A stretch of 64,000 nt of DNA, from contig OZ242260.1 of assembly GCA_965207065.1 (NCBI GenBank), forward strand, positions 2,176,001-2,240,000, in the 5' to 3' direction. Source of the stretch: a bacterium (lineage in GTDB: Bacteria; UBA8248). Each line of letters starts with the position of its first letter. Positions within the stretch are counted from its first letter, which is position 1. Both the position numbers and the translations under genes were made by a program. The notes below the pieces were generated by a model, which was not told where the DNA came from, searched no databases, and worked only from the letters and a program-made list of their open reading frames with translations. Shown in pieces: positions 57,176 through 64,000 of this stretch.

Positions 57176-58531
57176 CTACTTGGAAGATTTCGACTGCCAC
57201 CGATAGTAGCCCTCGCGTTTCATGACGGCGCGCGCCTTTACCGCCGCCTTGTCCAGAATCGGCTTGATGGGCTTGTCGGAGGTCAGGACCTGATGCAGCG
57301 CGATGCCGAGCACCTTGATGTTCAACTCGTTCCACTCGGGGATCAACGGCCGCCAGTCCGGGTCGGCGCATTTGAGCTGTTCCGCGATCACCGGATATTC
57401 CGGGAATTTTTTGGAGAACACCGGATCGGTGAGCGTGGAGATGCGGATCGGGTCGCCGCCGAGCTCGACGATCCGCCGGTCGGCCTTCTTCGAGGTCAAC
57501 CACTGGATGAACAGGAACGCCGCCTCCTTGTTCTTCGAGTTGGCCGGTATGCCCATGGCGAAACCGCCCGTCTCGGAGCCGCACTGGACGTCGGTCGGAT
57601 GGAGCGCGTAGCCAACCTTGCCGACGACCTTCGATTGCTTCGGGTCGCGGGCCCTGGCGGCGATCTTCAGCGAGTCGATGTACATGGCCGCGTCGCCATG
57701 CAGGAACGCCTTGGACGCCTCGCCGTAGCTGTAGGACGGAATGCCCCGGGGGCCGTACTTCACCGTTTCGCGCAGGAACTCCGCGGTCTTCACGCCGGCG
57801 GGGCTGTTGAAGACGGGCTGCCACTTGTCGTCGAAGACGCGGGCGCCCATGGGCGCGGCATGGAACAGCCAGGCGGCCGTGACCTGGTGCCCGGTCTTGC
57901 CGCGCATGGTGAGGCCGCCCATCCCCGTCTTCTCCTTGATGGTCTTCGCCGCCTTTCGGACGTCGGCGTAGGTCTTCGGCACGGCGAGGCCCAGCTTCTT
58001 GAACACGTCCTTGCGGTAGGCCAGGATCGAGGTCTCGGCGCCGAACGGCAGACCGTAGAGCGCGCCCGACTTGCCGGGCAGATAGCCCTTCTTGCCGCCG
58101 ACGATGCCGCCGTTCTGGATGTAGGCGTCGGCGATGTCCTCGATGTCGTAGTTCGGGTCGACGAACGCGGGGCTGGTGAAGAACTGCGAGAGGGGCGTCA
58201 GCAGGCCCTTCGCCACGTACTCGCCCTTCCACATCACCACCCAGGCGACCACGTCGAAGTCGCCGTCTTTCTTGCTCATCTCTAGAAGCTGGCGATTCCG
58301 CATCTTGAGGTACTGGGAGTAGTCGATCTCGACCTTGATGCCCGTCTCCTTGGTGAACTCGGCGACCAGTTGCTTGGCCTTCTTGAAGTGCGAATTCGAG
58401 GGCCAGCTGACCACCAGCGTCTTGCCCTTGTACTTCTCGTAGGGATTGGCCATCAGCGTCGTGGCGCTGAACGTCAGGGCCAGGGCCGCCGCAAGCGCGA
58501 CCAGCCCTGTGATCCGAAATTTCGATTTCAT
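57176..58531 (-). CDS. carbohydrate ABC transporter substrate-binding protein
   Basis: Signal peptide, FTKETGIKV, LYGLPF..YRKD and AAFLFIQWLTS; AGGAGG RBS. Confidence 0.92.
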   Translation of the reverse strand: MKSKFRITGLVALAAALALTFSATTLMANPYEKYKGKTLVVSWPSNSHFKKAKQLVAEFTKETGIKVEIDYSQYLKMRNRQLLEMSKKDGDFDVVAWVVMWKGEYVAKGLLTPLSQFFTSPAFVDPNYDIEDIADAYIQNGGIVGGKKGYLPGKSGALYGLPFGAETSILAYRKDVFKKLGLAVPKTYADVRKAAKTIKEKTGMGGLTMRGKTGHQVTAAWLFHAAPMGARVFDDKWQPVFNSPAGVKTAEFLRETVKYGPRGIPSYSYGEASKAFLHGDAAMYIDSLKIAARARDPKQSKVVGKVGYALHPTDVQCGSETGGFAMGIPANSKNKEAAFLFIQWLTSKKADRRIVELGGDPIRISTLTDPVFSKKFPEYPVIAEQLKCADPDWRPLIPEWNELNIKVLGIALHQVLTSDKPIKPILDKAAVKARAVMKREGYYRWQSKSSK

Positions 58532-58707
58532 GATTTCCTCCTTATCAGGTTAGTAATGAAATGGAATCATACACTTAAATCGACAACTTCTCCTGAGTGG
58601 TCCATTCATAAAGAATCCAGCAGCCCGATTCATAATTCCCTCTCCCAAACCATTCCCTCGTTCGGAATGAACCACTGCCGTCATTCCGGCGTCATCGCCG
58701 TTTCTGT

Positions 58708-58851
58708 TGTAGGTCGGACATATATGTCCGACAAATATGTCTGACCCTACACATCACCCTCGAATGGCGACCGTAGGGACAGGCCCCCGTGCCTGTCCTG
58801 CCCTCCGTGGTTGTTCTTCGTCTGGACAGGCACGGGGGCCTGTCCCTACAA
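58708..58851. repeat. GTAG-type REP doublets inside the ABC cluster
   Basis: GTAGGTCGGACATATATGTCCGAC...GTCTGACCCTAC and GTAGGGACAGGCCCCCGTGCCTGTCC...GGACAGGCACGGGGGCCTGTCCCTAC. Confidence 0.85.
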
Positions 58852-58860
58852 AACCATCCC

Positions 58861-59988
58861 TTATGAAACCGTCCCGGCCCGGGCGGCCGGCTTGAGCGCG
58901 AGACCGGTCTCCCTGTCGAACAGGTAGAGCCGCTCCGTTTCGAAATAGTAGGTGCCCGACTCCATCCGCCCGTGCTCCGGGCCGGCTTCCACGGAGACGG
59001 AAATCCTTTGCTCGCCGATGCGCGCGGCGAGAAACTGGTTGGAGCCGACATACTCGGCGACGTCGACCGCGAGCTGCACCGGGGCCGTGGCGCCGCCCGA
59101 ATACCTCGCTCCCGTCGAGGAGAAATGCTCGGGACGCAGGCCCGCGACGACTTTCCGGGAACCGGCGCCGGCGAGGCTCTCGTGGAAGGCCCTGGGAACC
59201 GGAAGCTCGAAGCCGTCTCCTGAAATCACGTATTCCGAACCTTCCCCCTTGATTTCTCCGTCGAGCATGTTCATGGCCGGCGAGCCGATGAAGCCGGCGA
59301 CAAACCGGTTGACGGGGTGATTGTAGACCTCGGGCGGCGTGCCGATCTGCTGAATGACCCCCTCGTCCATGATCACGATGCGGTCGGCCATCGTCATGGC
59401 CTCGATCTGGTCGTGGGTCACGTAGATCATGGTGCGGTCGAGCTGCTTGTGCAGCAGCGCCAGCTCGGTGCGCATCTGGGCGCGGAGCTTGGCGTCGAGG
59501 TTCGAGAGGGGTTCGTCGAACAGGAAGCAATAGGCGTCGCGCACGATGGCGCGTCCCATGGCGACGCGCTGGCGCTGTCCGCCCGAAAGCTCCCTCGGCT
59601 GGCGGTGCAGCAGTTCGCTCAGGCCGAGCATTTCCGCGGCGCGCGCCACCCGCGCGGCGATCTCCGCCTTGGGGAACTTGGCGAGGCGAAGCGAGAACGA
59701 CATGTTGCCCGCCACGTCCATGTGCGGATAGAGCGCGTAGGACTGGAAGACCATGGTGATGTCGCGGGCCTTGGGAGGCGCATGGGTGACGTCGTTTCCG
59801 GCGATCATGATGCGGCCCGCCGAGACTTCCTCGAGACCGGCGATCATGCGAAGCGTCGTGGACTTGCCGCAGCCCGAGGGGCCGACCAGCACCACGAATT
59901 CGCCTTCTTCGATCTGGAGGTTCAGGTCGGTGATGACGGTGACCCGGCCGAATCTCTTCGTCACGTCGATGAGATCAACGGCAGCCAT
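58861..59988 (-). CDS. ABC transporter ATP-binding protein (MalK/UgpC family)
   Basis: GPSGCGKST, LSGGQRQR, FDEPLSNLD and YVTHDQ. Confidence 0.96.
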   Translation of the reverse strand: MAAVDLIDVTKRFGRVTVITDLNLQIEEGEFVVLVGPSGCGKSTTLRMIAGLEEVSAGRIMIAGNDVTHAPPKARDITMVFQSYALYPHMDVAGNMSFSLRLAKFPKAEIAARVARAAEMLGLSELLHRQPRELSGGQRQRVAMGRAIVRDAYCFLFDEPLSNLDAKLRAQMRTELALLHKQLDRTMIYVTHDQIEAMTMADRIVIMDEGVIQQIGTPPEVYNHPVNRFVAGFIGSPAMNMLDGEIKGEGSEYVISGDGFELPVPRAFHESLAGAGSRKVVAGLRPEHFSSTGARYSGGATAPVQLAVDVAEYVGSNQFLAARIGEQRISVSVEAGPEHGRMESGTYYFETERLYLFDRETGLALKPAARAGTVS

Positions 59989-60382
59989 GACTCTCCTTTT
60001 CCGGCTGCGGCGACCCCGATTTCCCCATGATGGCGAATCCTGCCGCGTCGCTCATCGTCGGCCGTCGCATGCCCCCGCACATGTGCGGACCACGAGTTCG
60101 AGAGCTTCCTTTTGTCATTCTCTATATTGTTCGTGTATACGGGAAACTGGGATGATTTGCAATTGTCTGAAAATCGGTGGAACCGGCCCCGGGCATGCGG
60201 TTGGCAAAACGAATTCGGACAGCCGCAGCTTCTTCCCAAGAGGGGTTGCTCCGTTCCTGATCGATCATCCGACTGATGCACACAAGCCGAGTGCGGCTGG
60301 AGTAGGATTCCTGGTCTTTTGAAAAACGAACTCTATATCCGGGGTCTGTAGAAAATTCTGATCGAGGTGCTGCGCAGACCCG

Positions 60383-60472
60383 CGTGACCTGGACAACATG
60401 AAGATACAGGCCTGCCTGGCGACGGCAGCGGTCAACATCAAGCGGCTAACCGCCGCTCTTGTTGCCGGATAA
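60383..60472 (+). pseudogene. C-terminal remnant of an IS1182/IS5-type transposase
   Basis: Translates as RDLDNMKIQACLATAAVNIKRLTA, resembling the R.RGL..M..Q..L.A.A.N.KRL C-terminus; no upstream coding sequence remains. Confidence 0.55.
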
Positions 60473-61281
60473 TATTTGGTAATATTCAGTATTGAGCTTC
60501 CCTGAGAGTGAAAACTATTATCTCGCGAACACCCATTTGCCGTAATTGATGAACAGAGGGAATTAGTTGTCACCATCATAGACGTATTTCTATCTTTCCT
60601 GAAAAAAGAACATCAGAATCACGGTCGAGCAGTGGAAAGGATTCGGAAAAGAGGCCGGGAAGCGCAAAATATCACCCGACCGACTGGTGGTCGGACACGT
60701 GGTAGAAGCCCAGGTACGTCGGGAATAGCCCCGCCGGGCATCCATCTGCTGTGCCCGGCCATGTTTGCCGCGCAAGCCATTGTGCGGGATATGAAGAGAG
60801 CAGGAAGGGAGGAAGAAATCAGGCAAATCAGACGGAATATTACCGAAATCGCGCCGGCATTACCTAGCAATTTGATGAAAGATACGTGGGACTGGCTGGA
60901 ACCTGAAAACGGCCATGCGTGAGTTGACCTCCTCGATCCGATGGATTTCGGTTCGATAATGGGGCCGCTATTGGAGAGTACGATCAGATCGTTTCGAATT
61001 CGCTAAATTCTTTTATCGAATACACATTTAGAGATGATCCTGATTCCTGAGACTAACTGTTCACCAAATTCACCGGATAAAACCATCATCCTGGATGGTA
61101 TATTATTTGGTGGGAATTTCCATAAAGGAGCCGTATCGGGTTATAATTGTGAATCTATGCAGACGGCAGACACCCTGCTTGGCTCGAAGGTTGTGGCCGA
61201 TTATCGAGGCTAGGCGCGCTTGCCGGAGTTCCTTGGGTACGGAATCTGGTGTTCGGGAAAGATGCTCTATTAAGGAAAACT

Positions 61282-62826
61282 ATGCCGAATATAGTTTCAT
61301 TGCAAGGAAACCTTTTATTGCGTCTTGGAGCAGTATTGTTCGTTTTCTACGTTCTGGTCGGCTGCGGCGGGGGGAACGGTTCTTCCACTCCGCCTCCGGC
61401 GGTCGTCCCGACGGGCGAGACCCCGAGCCTGCCGTCCGGCGTTTCGTTCGCAGACTATGAATGGCTAAACACCTTCCGGCCGGGGGCGCCGGTGATGGAA
61501 TTCGGCGCGTCCTTGCACGTCGGCGCCGATGTCGCCCCGCCGGCGGACGCCCTCACGGCGTCGGGCGAGCGCAGCGGGGTCGCCCTTTCGAGGGGAAGGG
61601 TTCGCGACGGGGAGAGCGCCGGGGACGTCGTCGATTATCTTCGCGTTGCCGCGAGCCACAACATCTCGGAGCGAAGCGTGAGCGGGCTTGCGACCTATAA
61701 CGAGGCGCCGCCGATGGTCTTGTATCTGCTGGACGGGCCGTATACCCGCAACTTCTCCACGCGCTTCGCGCGTCTGACGCAGGACGCCGTCAAAGTCATC
61801 AACACGGCCCTGCCTTTCGAGAAGCAGATCAGGTTCAGCACATCACTGCTCCCCGAGAGCGACGGTGGCGCGACGCTGGGGCGAGGTAAGGGTGAGATTT
61901 GGGTACAGTTCATTCCAAAGACCCATCACATCTATCCGCCGGGCGCCGACCCGGCGGAACTGGGCCGCGCAAGGGTATTCTACAACGTCAAGGACGAGTC
62001 CGCGCCGGCGTGGGAAATCTCTGAGGACGGCGCTGGCTATTCCACGGTCATCATCGACCCCGAGGCTGTGGGGTCCTTTGACGACGTGGAAGTCACCCAC
62101 GTAATTGTCCATGAACTGCTCCACGCGGTGGGTTTCGTGAGCCACACGGATCCGGAGCGTTACGCTTCGACACTCAGCAGCGTGGGATTTTATCCCGGCA
62201 CACAGCGGCGCGTTCCGATCCATCCGATCGACCGCGAGGGTCTGCTCGCTGCCTACAGTCGCTTCAGTCCCGGCGCCAGTCCTGACGCCATTACCGTGGA
62301 AACGCTCGGACCATGGAGCGAGATATCGTATCATCTGCGCGGGGATATTGACTTCGAGCCCGGGGAGATGTCCTTCGGCGTCGCCTTCAGAAACGGTCTT
62401 CCGCAACCCTGGGTCTTCGGCCCGAAACCCCCGACGGCGCTGAGGGACAACCAGGCGCTCACTGAGAACGTGACCTGGAGGGGCGCGCTGGTAGGGGCAA
62501 CGGCCACTGGAGATGGAGTCATCGGGGACTCTGTGCTCACCCTTGAAATGAGTGACTTCACCGGTGAACTCGACTTCACCGGCATACGCTTCGAAAGCGG
62601 CGCGACATGGGGAGACGGCGACCTGCGCTACAGGATCCGTGTGGATGGGTCGGACAACACCTTCGGGCGCGCAGATGCGGAATTCCGGAAAGTGGGACCC
62701 GGTTATGAGTGGACGGGCGCAGACCTGGGTACCATAACCGGCGTCTTCTTCGGCCCCCTTCACGAGGGAATGGGCGGCGTTCTCGAAAGACACGATCTTT
62801 CGGCTGCCTTCGGGGGGAAAAGATAA
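61282..62826 (+). CDS. surface lipoprotein with a zinc-metalloprotease motif and C-terminal beta-barrel-like domain
   Basis: Lipobox LVGC with a Gly/Ser/Pro linker; HELLHAVGF..H; C-terminus G.FFGP.HE.MGGVL..AAFGGKR as in TbpB-like barrels. Confidence 0.72.
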   Translation: MPNIVSLQGNLLLRLGAVLFVFYVLVGCGGGNGSSTPPPAVVPTGETPSLPSGVSFADYEWLNTFRPGAPVMEFGASLHVGADVAPPADALTASGERSGVALSRGRVRDGESAGDVVDYLRVAASHNISERSVSGLATYNEAPPMVLYLLDGPYTRNFSTRFARLTQDAVKVINTALPFEKQIRFSTSLLPESDGGATLGRGKGEIWVQFIPKTHHIYPPGADPAELGRARVFYNVKDESAPAWEISEDGAGYSTVIIDPEAVGSFDDVEVTHVIVHELLHAVGFVSHTDPERYASTLSSVGFYPGTQRRVPIHPIDREGLLAAYSRFSPGASPDAITVETLGPWSEISYHLRGDIDFEPGEMSFGVAFRNGLPQPWVFGPKPPTALRDNQALTENVTWRGALVGATATGDGVIGDSVLTLEMSDFTGELDFTGIRFESGATWGDGDLRYRIRVDGSDNTFGRADAEFRKVGPGYEWTGADLGTITGVFFGPLHEGMGGVLERHDLSAAFGGKR

Positions 62827-63033
62827 CGACGCTCTCCTAAGAGGGAAGCGGAAGCTCCCGAATGTTTCTTTTCCCGGTGCTATCGGATAAGTATGGAATG
62901 TGCCGGCGTTTGTCGGCAGGCACTGACGGGGCTGTTGAAAAAGCGTGAAGATAATCTTCACCTCCGGGCATCGCGACCGTCCACGTGGCAGGCCCTGGGC
63001 GCGGCGAGGGATTCGGGATGAATTCGAGCCTCA

Positions 63034-63999
63034 TCAAGCGCCTTGTCTGCGCCTTATGCGTACGATAAGTTTCTCGGGCGACATGGTGAAGGAGAGGCGC
63101 TCGCGCACATCCTCTGGCGGCGAGGCGGCTTCCACTGCGAAGTTCGTGCACACCATGGCGAGCACGGCCCGCATCTCGCACATAGCGAGGTTTCGGCCAG
63201 GACACTGGCGTGGCCCGCCACCGAACGGGAAAAAGATTGCATCGGGGGGATTATCCGGATCAAAGCGTGCAAGGCGTTCGCCGCGCGTCGCGGTGTGACG
63301 GGTGAGAAGAAGGATGGGTGTTCCCGCAGGTATGGGGAAGCCGAGGATATCGGCATCCTGGTTGGGTTCAATGCCGATGATCGGGGCGACGGGCTTAAGA
63401 CGCATCACCTCACTCAGAAACGCATCATGAAACTGCAGGGATTCGGTCTGCGCGTATGTCCAGGTTTTACAAGCCGTGCCGAGCGCCTCGTCTGCCTCCG
63501 CACGAAGGCGCGCAGCGTGCCCGGGATATTGCGCGAGGTAGTGGAGCGCCCAGGCGAGGGTGTTCGCGGTAGTGTCTTCTCCGGCGAGCAGGAGCGTCAC
63601 GGCGTCCGCGAATATTTCATCGTCCGTAAACAAAGGTTCTCCCTCCCCGGAGGCGGCGATTGAGGCTTCGATGAAATTCCCAGGCGTAACGCTGCGCCGC
63701 GGGTTTTCTTCCATTCGTTCCTTAGCAGCGCGGATCATGTCGCGAACCTCGGATTTCAATCCGGCAAGGGCGCGTTCGAGCGCTCGATCCGAAGGCAGCC
63801 GGAAGCACCTCCAAAAGGGTAAGGGCAGGTTCAGACGGCGGTGCAACACCGGGAATATGGCGGCGAGATGGTGACGGATGGATGCGCCGGGACTTTCGGG
63901 CGCGCCGAGGTCGACGCCGAAGACGAATTGCATGGTGACACGGGCGGTGAAGCGCATGAGGTCACGGCAGGGGTCTATCGCCTCTCCATGATCGGCCGC
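63034..63999 (-). CDS. cytochrome P450 (5' part beyond window)
   Basis: AGEDTT I-helix, EVMR (ExxR) and FGGGPRQCPG heme-thiolate motif; frame stays open to the edge. Confidence 0.92.
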   Translation of the reverse strand, partial: AADHGEAIDPCRDLMRFTARVTMQFVFGVDLGAPESPGASIRHHLAAIFPVLHRRLNLPLPFWRCFRLPSDRALERALAGLKSEVRDMIRAAKERMEENPRRSVTPGNFIEASIAASGEGEPLFTDDEIFADAVTLLLAGEDTTANTLAWALHYLAQYPGHAARLRAEADEALGTACKTWTYAQTESLQFHDAFLSEVMRLKPVAPIIGIEPNQDADILGFPIPAGTPILLLTRHTATRGERLARFDPDNPPDAIFFPFGGGPRQCPGRNLAMCEMRAVLAMVCTNFAVEAASPPEDVRERLSFTMSPEKLIVRIRRRQGA

Positions 64000-64000
64000 G

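Noticed and set aside
58708-58851. Possible CRISPR mini-array
   Set aside because: The units are inverted palindromic doublets without unique spacers, and there are no cas genes.
60632-60922. 96-aa ORF in the AT-richer segment
   Set aside because: No recognisable motif or clear RBS; may be a gene remnant but cannot be supported.

Overview
GC-rich bacterial DNA. The gene repertoire and dense intergenic palindromes resemble uncultured marine or sponge-associated lineages, but that is a guess, not an identification. Left to right: (1) the end of a dedicated type II fatty-acid/polyketide cluster finishing in a lipid A-type acyltransferase; (2) glgA-glgC and a metallopeptidase; (3) assorted catabolic and surface genes; (4) a CIRCE-controlled hrcA-dnaJ-(dehydratase)-prmA-rsmE-purD-phnA run lacking grpE/dnaK; (5) an NtrB/NtrC-like pair; (6) tmk-holB-yaaT-metG-tatD/radical SAM, a patatin and Lhr; (7) a ~11.6 kb, 10-gene minus-strand respiratory operon; (8) a sugar ABC transporter, an IS remnant, a surface lipoprotein and a partial P450. 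The standout is the operon at 43093-54717. It joins an iodate-reductase-like module (two diheme cytochrome c peroxidases, a Tat-exported Rieske subunit and an AioA/IdrA-family molybdoenzyme) to a cupredoxin-like protein, a cytochrome c and a non-canonical Rieske/cytochrome b complex carrying its own cytoplasmic FAD/Fe-S NAD(P)H oxidoreductase and a tetraheme cytochrome. Together these could form a complete NAD(P)H-quinone-cytochrome c-oxyanion electron chain. All calls come from reading motifs by eye; no database searches were run. No rRNA, tRNA or CRISPR array was seen.
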